Below, in pieces: positions 35,244-46,550 of a stretch of DNA of 64,000 nt. Within the stretch, counting starts at the first letter, position 1, and every line of letters starts with the position of its first letter. Below the pieces are notes generated by a model. The model saw nothing but the letters and a program-made list of their open reading frames with translations, did not search any database and was not told where the DNA came from. Source of the DNA: Octopus sinensis (Eukaryota); assembly GCF_006345805.1 (NCBI RefSeq), contig NC_043014.1, positions 2,728,001 to 2,792,000 on the forward strand, written 5' to 3'. The translations under genes and the position numbers were made by a program.

Positions 35244-36079
35244 ATTTAACCAAACCATCCAACCCATGCCAGCATGGATAATGGATGTTAAATGATGATG
35301 ACATATATAAATACATACACATATTTATATATAAATACATAACGGAGTAAACACATAAATGTGAAACAAGGTGGAAAAAGAGTACTCAAATACCAGTGGT
35401 AGAGTAATATGCTTTAGTTAAAAGCAGCAGAAAATTTTGCTAGAATTCTAGCAAAAACTGTCCAACGAACGGGAACGTGAAACTCAGAGTAACAGGTTTT
35501 GTTGAATTTTCTGCTGCTTTTAAATAAAGTATATAAATACATAGAAATACACACATATATATACTAATGTGAAAAGAATTCGTAAATATAATTAAAAAAT
35601 TAAATTCCTGTAGAATAAAAAAAAAGAGGGGGGGGTTGTATGTTGATATTTGCTGTGGGAATTGGTTCGCAAATGAAAATGCCAGAATTCTGGTTTAAGC
35701 TCCCCAAAACGTTTATATTTTTTGTTATTTTCAGAAAATTTTTGCGGGAATTCATACGATTATGGAAAAAGTTTTTCATTTTTTTAAACCCCACTATAAA
35801 CACTATAAACCCTAAATGGTCCACACTTTTTCGATTTTTTTCTTCTTTGAAACCAGAGTTTAAAATACGGACGGTCCGACCTCTTTGCTTAAATACCCCA
35901 CAGTGGACCACCCCTGGGTGCATCCTCATTCCATTAAACGTTTTTATGGAGTGGAAAATTTTGAAAAACGTGGAATTTTCAGAAAAATTTGGCGAATTTG
36001 TGTTCTGCTAGTCTTATAGTCTTTTATTTGTTGCAGTCGTTTGGCTACAGCCATGCTGTAACGTTCACAAGTTATACCA

Positions 36080-36200
36080 TTCCTGTATCCTTTTGCTGCG
36101 ACATTGAATGTCATTGCTCCAGCTGTATCTATCTGGGACAGTTTCGTTCCCACTCAACCGTCCCGTACGTACCCTGTATTATTCCAGCCAGCAAAACAAA
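36080..36200 (+). pseudogene. IFT52: Decayed IFT52 fragment, inverted relative to the intact gene
   Basis: Aligns to IFT52 32524..32399 (FLYPFGATLNVIAPAVSI...GTVSFPLNRPV..LYSSQQ.K) with 15 substitutions, an 8-nt frameshifting deletion and a 3-nt insertion. Confidence 0.9.
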
Positions 36201-36973
36201 AGTTTAAAGTTTTCGAAATTTTTTTTAAATCACAGTCCAAATTCTTTTCTTTTTCTTTTTTCTTTTACTTGTTTCAGTCATTTGACTGCGGCCATGCTGG
36301 AGCACCGCCTTTTAGTCGAGTAAATCAACCCGGGACTTATTCTTTGTAAGCCCAGTACTTATTCTATCGGTCTCTTTTGCCGAACCGCTAAGTTACGGGG
36401 ACGTAAACACACCAGCATCGGTTGTCAAGCGATGCTGGGGGACAAACACAGACACACAAACACACACATATACATATATACGACAGGCTTCTTTCAGTTT
36501 CCATCTACCAAATCCACTCACAAGGCATTGGTCGGCCCGGGGCTATAGCAGAAGACACTTGCCCAAGATTCCACGCAGTGGGACTGAACCCAGAACCATG
36601 TGGTTGGTTAGCAAGCTACTTACCACACAGCCACTCCTGCGCCTATTCTTGGCTTAAATCCCAAAACAGACGATTAAATGTGTTTATGGGAAGAAAGATA
36701 TTGAAAGACATCAATATATCAGAGAGATAAACAAACGAAGTCGGTATGAGGTGGTCGTGAGATGTGCTAAAAATAACGGCTAAATACTGCTTAAATCACA
36801 TTTTTTTTTGCATAGGCGTAGGAGTAGCTGTGTGGTAAGTAGCTTGCTTACCAACCATATGGTTCCGGGTTCAGTCCCACTATGTGGCACCTTGGGCAAG
36901 TGTCTTCTACTATAGCCTCGGGCTGACCAAAGCCTTGTAGACGGAAACTGAAAGAAGCATGTCGTATATATGC

Positions 36974-37009
<36 letters not shown>

Positions 37010-38264
37010 TTGTGTGTCTGTGTTTGTCCCCCTAGCATTGCTTGACAACTGATGCTGGTGCGTTTACGTTCCCGTCACTTAGCGGTTCGGCAAAAGAGAC
37101 CGATAGAATAAGTACTAGGCTTACAAAGAATGAGTCCCGGGGTCGATTTGCTCGACTAAAGGCGGTGCTCCAGCATGGCCGCAGTCAAATGCCTCAAACA
37201 AGTAAAAGAGTAAAACGAGTCGTATAAATTCCGGTGTGTATAACATAAATTCATTAACAAATTTCTGAGTTATGAAAAAACAAACCGGGGTGGAGAGAGA
37301 CACATTTATATAGGGAAATATTGTAATAAAAATGTATTTGTTAGAAAATTATGTAGAAACAAAGTCGGAGGTAGGGTGTCACACAATTGCGGTTTTGCTG
37401 ATTAAAATGAAATTTCTTCAAAATTGTTTCGCTCTCAGAGAAGCCCCCAGGAGCGGCTGTGTGGTAAGTAGCTTGTTTACAAACCACATGGTTCCGGGTT
37501 CAGTCCCACTGCGTGGCACCTTGGGCAAGTGTCTTCTACTACCAAAGCCTTGTGAGTGGATTTGGTAGACGGAAACTGAAAGAAGCCCGTCGTATATATG
37601 TATATATATATATATATATGCATGTGTGTGTGTTTGTGTGTCTGTGTTTGTCCCCCTAGCATTGCTTGACAACCGATGCTGGTGTGTTTACGTCCCCGTA
37701 ACTTAGCGGTTCGCCAAAAGAGACCGATAGAATAAGTACTGGGCTTACAAAAAATAAATCCCGGGTCGATTTACTCGATTAAAAAGGCGGTGCTCCAGCA
37801 TGGCCGCAGTCAAATGACTGAAACAAGTAAAAGAGAGTAAACCGCCCCCTAAATCTGGATTAAATAACAACTTACCATTTAATATTGGCCCTGATGTTTC
37901 GCCATTACGGCACAGAATGCTGTAAATGAATGTCTTAGATGAAGTTTTGACCCATAAACCACAATTCGATTCACTAGATCAATACCAATAAGCTATTGAT
38001 AGTTTGGAGGTGAATATAAAGAAGATAACGTTGTCAACGGAGGAGTTTGATTACAACATGGCGTTTATTGCCTTGGAGACAGTCGTCACCGGTGTCCACG
38101 GTTAATTAACAAAAAAATCTCTTCTGTAAATTTATTCCATATAATTTCCCTCTCGTTTTCTCTTTATTTTTCTTCTCCCCGCCTCTCTCTCTCTTCGAAA
38201 AATTAAACTACATTAAATTTACAAATTACAATTTTCTCAAGAAAGCCAAGAGAAAAAAAATGTT

Positions 38265-38611
38265 GGCGATCTTTCGTCTCTAGTAGACCTCTCCGTCGAT
38301 TTCCGTAAAAAATTTTTTTTTTTACATATGGGCTTGCGGGAACTTTTGAAGTAATGAGAGCGAAAGAGACTAAGAGAAAGCGATTTTATGACGAGGGAAG
38401 TTCACACACACACACACACACGCGCACACACACACATGTACATCAATGCTTTCCATGCACGATAACTTCAAAAGAACTTCCCTCGTCATACAATCGCTTT
38501 CTCTTAGTCTCTTTCGCTCTCATTACTTCAAAAGTTCCCGCAAGCCCATATGTAAAAAAAAAAATTTTTACGGAAATCGACGGAAAGGTCTACTAGAGAC
38601 GAAAGATTGCC
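38265..38611. mobile_element. MITE family M3 (GGCGATCTTTCGTC termini, about 138-bp near-perfect TIRs) nested in an M2 remnant
   Basis: Exact 8-bp TSD aaaatgtt (38257..38264 / 38612..38619). The host M2 sequence continues to its terminus at 38712. Confidence 0.88.
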
Positions 38612-39516
38612 AAAATGTTTTATTTTGACACATTCTACCAGTATACGAAGTTTAAAAGTGTTTAGTTAACAAAAAATTGTGTTGAAAACTGCCGTTCAAA
38701 AGGAAAAGATCCCTCTCTTTCTTCCTTTCTGTTTACCTCTCTTTCCTCCCATGGCCCTCCCTTTCATAATCCTCTTCCTCTCCCTCTTTCTGCTTACTGT
38801 TCTCTTCTTTCTCTCTTTTTTCTTATATATCTCCCTTCTTTCTCTCTCTCTCTCTTTCTCTCTCCCTTTCTCTTTATCTCTGCTCTTTCTGTCTCCCTCT
38901 TCTCTCATTCTTCGTCTTCCTTCTTCTCTTTCATCAACTCTCCATCACTCTCTGCTCCTTCTCCCTTCTCTCCATAGCCCTTCCTCTCCCTTCCATTCCG
39001 TCTCCTCCCAGCCTCAACAGCAATTAGATATACTAAAACTCTTTCCGTGTCTACCAAACTTTAGAGGTAACCTTATATAATCAACAGAAATTTCACGAAG
39101 TCATCTTTCTCCACCGAAAAACATCCCAATACACGATACAACATCAAACACTATGGATGCTCACAATGCAATAATTATTTTAAATTTCGTTTTCAGACAA
39201 GGAAGAACAGTTTCTTCGTTTTTCAGGGTCAGACGGGTGGAAACAATACACTCTGTACCCACGTCAAATAATTGTAGGTCAATGTCTGCTGCGAACATGT
39301 ATATAGTGCAGTCATAGCTGAGTATTTAAGACGTTCACTTCACTGCCACGTTGATGTGGGTTCGATCTCAACTCGCAGCCCAGTGTGTTTCTTAAAACTT
39401 TTTTCTTTTCTCTTTTTTGTTGTGTGGGATTGTGAAGAGGCCAGTCGATAGAAGAAGAGGTTGTAAAAGCCTTACAAACCTACTCAGACGTTTCTGACCG
39501 ACAGGTACCAACCGGT

Positions 39517-40131
39517 GGATCTTTACCTTTTGACCGACAGATTTTTTAAATAATTTTTTGTAACTTAACACTTTCAAACTTCGGACACTGGTAGAATGTG
39601 TCATTTAAAATATCTTTCACTCTTAGCATTTTTGAGAAAAGCTTATATTTAGGAAGTTATTTCACGTTAAAGCTGTCGTATTTCGGTAATTTCAACCAAT
39701 CAATGACGTGTATTCTGCTGAATAAAATTACTGCTGTTGTTTGTCAACAAGAACTTCCTGCGGCGTATATTTCGTTTGTCACTGTTATTTATGACAACCC
39801 TAACCCTAAACCTAAAACCCTAACCCTAACCCTAAAACCAGTACAGACGCACGAACGATATCATAAATAACAGTGTCAAACGAAAAATACACTGCCGATA
39901 GTTGTTGTTAACAAACAACGGCTGTAATTTTATTGTTGAATACACGTCATTGATTGGTTGAAATTACCGAAATACGACAACTTTAACGTGAAATAACTTC
40001 GTAAATATAAGTTTTTCTCAAAAATGCTAGGAATAAAAGATATTTTAAATGACACATTCTAACAGTGTCCTATGTTTGAAAGTGTTACAAAAAAATATTT
40101 TTTTAATCTGTCAGTCAAAAGTTAAAGATCC
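39517..40131. mobile_element. M2-related fold-back MITE with about 270-bp TIRs and a central (CCCTAA)-like array
   Basis: GGATCTTT...AAAGATCC termini. The arms are imperfect reverse complements. The TSD is degenerate (caaccggt / cagctgga). Confidence 0.75.
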
Positions 40132-40423
40132 CAGCTGGATTTCCCGAATGTGCCAGTGTGGACATGGACAAACCACATCGGGTCATCGAGATAATATATC
40201 GATAGAGTATTCTGTAAGCCAAGTAGACAGGAATAATTATAAGCTGCCTTTAATTTGAAATTGTCGGCTGTGGTTTTGTGGTAAGAGGTTTGCTTCCCAA
40301 CCACATGGTTCCGAGTTCAGTTCCTTTGCGTGGCACCTTGGGCAAATGACTTCTACTATAGCTTCGGGGCCGACCAAAGCCTTGTGTGTGGATTTGGTGG
40401 ACGCAAACTGAAAGAAGCATGTC

Positions 40424-40460
<37 letters not shown>

Positions 40461-40917
40461 TGTGTGTCTGTGTGCCCCACGCGTGCACGTGTGATGATTT
40501 CCTTGTTTGTGCCCCACCACTGCTTGACAACCGATGTTGGTATGTTTACGTCCCCATAACATAGCGGTTCATCAAAAGAGAATGACAGAAAAAGTACCAA
40601 GCTTAACCAAAAAAGTCCTGGGGTCGATTCGTTCGACTAAAAATTCTTCAAGGTGGTGCCCCAGCATGGCCGCAGTCTAATAACTAAAACAGGTAAGAGA
40701 TAAAAGATGAAAAAAAAAGATATACAAACGTCCGTTTCATACATTTCTTTCGGCCGTTTACGTTCTTAGTTCAAATCCCGCCGAGGTCAGCCTTACCTTT
40801 TTATCTTTTCAGGTTTGATCAAATGAAGTAATCGTCGATGATATCGATTAAAACCCCCGTCCTTGTGCCTCAAAATTGTTGGCTTTGCGCTTTAATCAGA
40901 GGCAATTATTATAATTA

Positions 40918-41390
40918 GCGAGCTGGCAGAATCGTTAGCATGCCGGGCGAAATGCGTAGCGGTATTTCGTCTGCCGTTACATTCTGAGTTCAAATTCCGC
41001 CGAGGTTGACTTTGCCTTTCATCCTTTCGGAGTCGATTAAATAAGTACCAGTTACGCACTGAGGTCGATATAATCGACTTAATCCGTTTGTCTGTCCTTG
41101 TTTGTCCCCTCTGTTTTTAGCCCCTTGAGGGTAGTAAAGAAATAGGTATTTCGTCTGCCGTTACATTCTGAGTTCAAATTCCGCCGAGGTCGACTTTGCC
41201 TTTCATCCTTTCGGGGTCGATAAATTAAGTACCAGTTACGCACTGGGGTCGATGTAATCGACTTAATCCGTTCGTCTATCCTTGTTTGTCCTCTCTGTGT
41301 TTAGCTCCTTGTGGGTAGTAAAAAAAATGGGTATTTTTAACGTCTCTCTGCATACTGAGTTCAAATCCCATCGAGATCCACTTTGCCTTT
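40918..41390 (+). mobile_element. SINE family B with internal tandem duplication (about 2.3 units of about 185 bp)
   Basis: ggtatttcgtctgccgttacattctgagttcaaattccgccgagg occurs at about 40960 and 41146, with a third partial unit near 41330. Confidence 0.8.
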
Positions 41391-42490
41391 CGTCATTCCA
41401 AACAGAAACTTTCGTCCTCAGTCAAGCCCTCATTGACTCCATTTGAAAAATAGCAAGATGAGGGTTGCGAAGGATGTGTTGCCCTTCCCCTCCCCATCGC
41501 TTCAGTAAATTTATTGAAAGATGGGTGGATGAGACGTGTATGGTTCGAGTAAGTGGGCCAGCTATAAACTGGCGCCAGTAGCCTGAGGAGTAAGGAGGAG
41601 AGAGGAGCAGTTTCCATGGTACGCCTAGTAAGTAGAGGGTCTCGTGATCAGGAGACTCTTTGGTTGCCACTGGGTGGCATTTTTGCCCCTATTGAGGAAT
41701 TTCTTTGTTAGAAAAAACTTTGGATCTTTTCGCTTTGACCGGCAGATTTTTAAAATAATTTCTTTGTAACTAAACACTTTTAAACTTCGTATACTGGTAG
41801 AATGAGTTCATAAAACATCTTTTTCTCTTGGCTTTCTTCAGAAAATTCTGTAGTTTGTAAGCTATTTGTTCTTTAATTTCTTGCATTTTGGCAATTTCAA
41901 CCAATCAATGACGTCTATTGAGGTGCGGTTACGTTCGTATTTACCTTTCATTTGCCTTTCATCTTTTCGGGGTCGATAAATTAAGTACCAGTTGCGTACT
42001 GGGGTCGATCTAATCGACTGACCCCCTACCCCAAAATTTCGGGCCTTGTGCCTAGTAGAAAAGATTATCGTATCTTCTTTTGTATTTTTTTTGGGGGGGG
42101 GCAGCTTCGTGTATACTCATTCTCAATATACCATACAGTCTCACCTTTATCTCTGTACAACCTGCTCTTGTCACTTATTAAAAGCAAAGTGTTGGCAGAA
42201 AATTAGGATTGCTGAACAATGGGGTTTTTTTTTTTCCTTGAAACCAGTTGTGTTTGTTAATCTATATGCGAATTTCAATATGGCGACCGTAAAACCGCCA
42301 GGAAAAAGAATCTAAAAGGCAAAAAAAAAATACTAGAAAAATATATAAAAAAGGAAAAAAACCTCATTTGCATATATGAATATTATCAATTTATTCTTTA
42401 CTCAACTCATCATGAATTCCCACCGAATTGTTTAGTTGTCTTTTTTGATATTCACTCATTGAGTATATTAAACTACAGCTGCATGTGTAT

Positions 42491-43177
42491 CAGTGGCGTG
42501 TAGCTAATAGGAGAACAAGAGGGGCGACCGCTCCCCATGGATACATTTTTCTAAACTTGCGTTGCGCCTTTTAAACAATTTAAAAAAAAACCCTTTTGTT
42601 CATTTGTATGATAAAAGTCGATCATCTCCTCGCTCTCTCTCTCTCTCTCTGTTAATCGTATGTCCTTCCAAGATCCTTCTGAAGTCTTAACTTTATGTAA
42701 CCAATTACTTGTGCTTTTGAACTGTCTGATCTATGTAACCAATTACTTGTGCTTTTGAACTGGCTGATCTATGTATCAAATTACTTGTGCTTCTGAACTG
42801 TCTGATCTATGTAACCAATTACTTGTGCTTTTGAACTGTCTGGTCAATCTTCTCTGATACGTTGGTGGCCGCTAACGTCTTAAAAATCAGTACAAACCCT
42901 GCCGTCATAATCTCTCAACAACGGACGGTCCTGTGGAGTTTCCTCTTTTCCTCCTCACACCTCTATCAGTAATTACAAGTTTCATACATAATAACAATGT
43001 TGCTGAAACATGGAATTAATGAATGCAGAATGCAATTAAGTATATTGTAATTAATAAAATATTTGATGTAAGAGAAGTGAGTTAAAACTGTTTGGTACGT
43101 GTCTATAAGCTCGCTTTTTCTATAAGCTTTTTCTATAAGCTCGCTCCCACTGACTTTAGAACCTGGTTACGCTACTG
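42491..43177. mobile_element. Non-autonomous hAT-like element carrying a 41-bp tandem repeat
   Basis: Termini cagtggcgtgtagc / ggttacgctactg, flanks atgtgtat / atgcgtgt. About 3.5 copies of tgtctgatctatgtaaccaattacttgtgcttttgaac at 42696..42842. Confidence 0.6.
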
Positions 43178-43204
43178 ATGCGTGTGTGTGAGTGTGTGTT
43201 ATGA

Positions 43205-43420
43205 CCTGATGTCATCTTGGGTTACGAGGCAACCAGACAGCTACTCCTAGTGGAGTTAACTGTGCTCTGGGATGAGAGGGTAGAGAAAATGCAAATGAAG
43301 GAGAGCTCAAATAAGGAGATCTGAAATTAGGGGCTGGTAGAAGAATGCTGCAAGAATTGGTGGAAAGCAGGATGTTTGCCAGTGGACGTTTGCTGTTGAG
43401 GATTTGCAGATCGTACTCTG
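43205..43420 (+). mobile_element. HERO/R2-superfamily LINE remnant (REL endonuclease), truncated by a family D SINE
   Basis: PDVILGYEATRQLLLVELTVLWDERVE...VEECCKNWWKAGCLPVDVCC*GFA resembles the PD...ELTVPWE...VEVGCRGF motif of HERO-like elements. Confidence 0.65.
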
Positions 43421-44108
43421 AGTAAAGTGGAGGCACATGGCCTAGTAGTTAGAGCAGCGGACTCGCGGTCGAGAGATCGCGGGTTCGAATCTCAGACCGG
43501 GTGGTGTTTATGTTTATGAGCGAAACACCTAAGCTCCACGCGGCTCTGGTAGAAGGTAATGGCGAACTTCTGCTGACTCTTCCGCCACAACTTTCTCTCA
43601 CTCTTTCCTCCTTCATCTAGCAGCTCACCGACGACGGAGCGGCGATGAAACCGGGAAACCGGCCCTCATGAACCAGGCATGGCTCGAGAAGGAACAAACA
43701 ACAATATCCTGAATAAAGCCTATTGAATTCTGAATATTTTAGGAATGAGCAGAAGAAGAGTCGTCAAGAACAACGTAGAGGCTACTGAGAAAGCGTTTAG
43801 AAGGTTCTGTTTGAAAAGAGGTAATGGACAGAGCCAAAAGAATATCCTTCGGACACAAGTCTAGGCTTAAATAACCGAAAATGGAACGCCTGTACAAGAG
43901 GGTACGCTGTAAGACCCGATCCACCTAATGAGCCCAAGACACAACTCTGGCGAGGTGTCCAAGTATTGCATCTGCAGATGTTGAACTTTTTCCTCTCTCG
44001 GTATGTAGCAATCGCCTGTTCTCTGCTGCCACCACATTGCTGAAGCTTTTATTTCATTTCTGTATTTCTTCCTGGTTCTCATTAAAAGTTTTACTGCTTC
44101 CAATCTTT

Positions 44109-44169
<61 letters not shown>

Positions 44170-44640
44170 TTCCCTTTATTTCTCTTTTTCATTTACAGTA
44201 TCTCTTTCTTTCTCTTCCATTCTTATCACTGTACTACAGTTAAATCCTCTTCCTCCCCCCTGCCTCTCTATATCTCTTCTTTTTGTCTCCTCATATCTTT
44301 TTTCCCATGTCTCACTTTCACTGCCTTTTCTTTCTTTCCCTAGCCTCGCCTGGCCCCCGTGCCGGTGGCACGTAAAAAGCACCATCCGATCGTGGCCGTT
44401 TGCCAGCCTTGCCTGGCCTCCGTGCCGGTGGCACGTAAAAAGCACCCACTACACTCACGGAGTGGTTGGCGTTAGGAAGAGCATCCAGCCGTAGAAACAT
44501 TGCCAGATCAGACTGGAGCCTGGCGAAGCCTTCTGGCTTCCCAGACCCCAGTTGAACCGTCCAACCCATGCTAGCATGGAAAGCGGAAGCTAAACGACGA
44601 CGACGATCTCTATTACCATCACTTACTTCCCCTTACTTGA

Positions 44641-44687
<47 letters not shown>

Positions 44688-45894
44688 TTTCCAATTCTCT
44701 TCACTTTCACTTTCTCTCTCGCTTCCCACGTCCTTCACTCGTTCTTCCTGTCGCCTTTTCTTTCAGTTTCTTTCCCACCCACAATTTTTTTTACATTTCT
44801 TTTTCTCTTTTACTTGTTTCAGTCATTTGACTGTGGCCATGCTGGAGCACCGCCTTTAGTCGAGCAAATCGACCCCGGGACTTATTCTTTGTAAGCCCAG
44901 TACTTATTTTATCGGTCTCTTTTGCCGAACCGCTAAGTAACGGGGACATAAACACACCAGCATCGGTTGTCAAGCAATGCTAGAGGGACGAACACAGACA
45001 CACAAACACACACACATACACACACATATATATATACATATATACGACGGGCTTCTTTCAGTTTCCATCTACCAAATCCACTCACAAGGCTTTTGTCGGC
45101 CCGAGGCTATAGTAGAAGACACTTGCCCAAGATGCCACGCAGTGGGACTGAACCCGGAACCATGTGGTTGGTTAGCAAGCTACTTATCACAGCCACTCCT
45201 GCGCCTGTTCACATCTCTTGTTTCTTCATGCTTATGCTGTTCATAGTATCATTTACGCCTTTTTTTAAACCTTGCAATTGTATTTCTATTTTAAATCACA
45301 TTTCTTTAATTTCTCCTTAAATTACTAATCGCATTTTTATTAATTTCTGCCGAATAACTCAAAACAGAGACGACTACATTTCTTTGTGCCGCCACTTGTC
45401 CTAGAATTCATGAAATTCAACTCCCCTTTAATTTCATTTAAATCAACTATTTTAAGTTATTTTAAGTAATTGACTCACTTTATCAGCAGCAGTACCAGCC
45501 GTCCAAGAATTTGGACCTGGAGATCTCCATTTCCAGCGACTTCGAGGCCACCTCCAAGTGGTGTCGGGCGTCAACGAAGAGCCCTCGACTACAACAAGAC
45601 GACCAAAGTTTTTTTTTCCAAGGTCTGGGGTCTCCCGCCTCTAAGCCCAAGGGCCACCTCTCAGTGGTGTCGGACGTCAACGAAGAGCCCTCGACTACAA
45701 CAAGACGACCCAAGATTTTTTTTCTTTCCAAGCTCTGGGGTCTCCCGCCCCTAAGTCCTAGACCATCACCTAATCACCCTTACCCATCTTGTTGCTTAAC
45801 AACAACAACAACAACAGCAGCAGCAACACCAGTAAAGTTTCGTGTTCGCGAGTTCAAATGACGGTCAAGACTAAATGTGGTCTTTTGTGTTCAA

Positions 45895-46292
45895 CTAGCA
45901 GTATCGCCCGGCGTTGCTCGGGTTTGTAAGGGAAATAACTATATAAGCATTTTTAGAGATGTAAAGTATAATAGCCATCTCAATATGGCTAACCACAAAG
46001 GGGGGGAGGTGTTACTGTAGCTTTTTACGTTCTGAGATTTAATAATAAATTTTTAGAGAGTTAATTCCCTTATATATGCCAAAAATGCATTAAAAATGGG
46101 AAAAATTGATGGTAAATTATTTTTTAAATCGTAGACTCATCGTAGACGCGCGCTAATACCCAGAAGGGCTCGATATGAATCACGACTATAAGATACCCGG
46201 TTTTGGTTAAACTGCACCGCAAAATGTGGGAGTAGTTAGGAATCTAAATCGTAGGAGACAGACTCACACAACTACAGTTTTATATATAAAGA
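45895..46292 (-). mobile_element. Non-autonomous Helitron, sharing its 3' end with 6698..7083
   Basis: Minus strand starts TCtttatatataaaa after A and ends cccgagcaacgccgggcgatactgCTAG followed by T. Confidence 0.8.
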
Positions 46293-46319
46293 TTATCTAC
46301 AAAAAGCTGATCCCGTCAA

Positions 46320-46550
46320 TAACACCACAATCACTTTGGAATAAAATAGCTCGGATCAAATTCTTCAAAATCTGTCTGATATACGACGGCCTAAGTCTCC
46401 ACTGTTCAAGACAATTCATTCAGCCTGTTGCATCATCAAAGTCGAACTCTTCCGACCATTTTACAGAGGAAATGCTTTCTGGGGGGAAGACATCGATTGT
46501 GTGTTACACAAGAACACATCAAAAAGACTTGATGGTAGACTCTTATGTAC
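46320..46550 (+). mobile_element. Possible heavily decayed RTE-type LINE fragment
   Basis: Broken frames give LW...IKFFKIC and SKRLDG, weakly like the RTE ORF C-terminal region. Confidence 0.3.

Noticed and set aside
36030-36210. IFT52 fragment as an intact ancestral exon with its own splice sites
   Set aside because: No AG sits at the start of clear homology and only a weak GT follows it. Weak similarity extends a few codons upstream, so exon versus processed origin cannot be decided here.
41390-41700. GC-richer unique segment with 74-82 aa minus-strand ORFs
   Set aside because: No recognisable domain or splice context. It is probably an old repeat remnant.
43740-44060. Possible hAT transposase C-terminal relic (IASADVE..FS) or pseudogene
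   Set aside because: The motif is too short and the frames too broken to assign without a database search.
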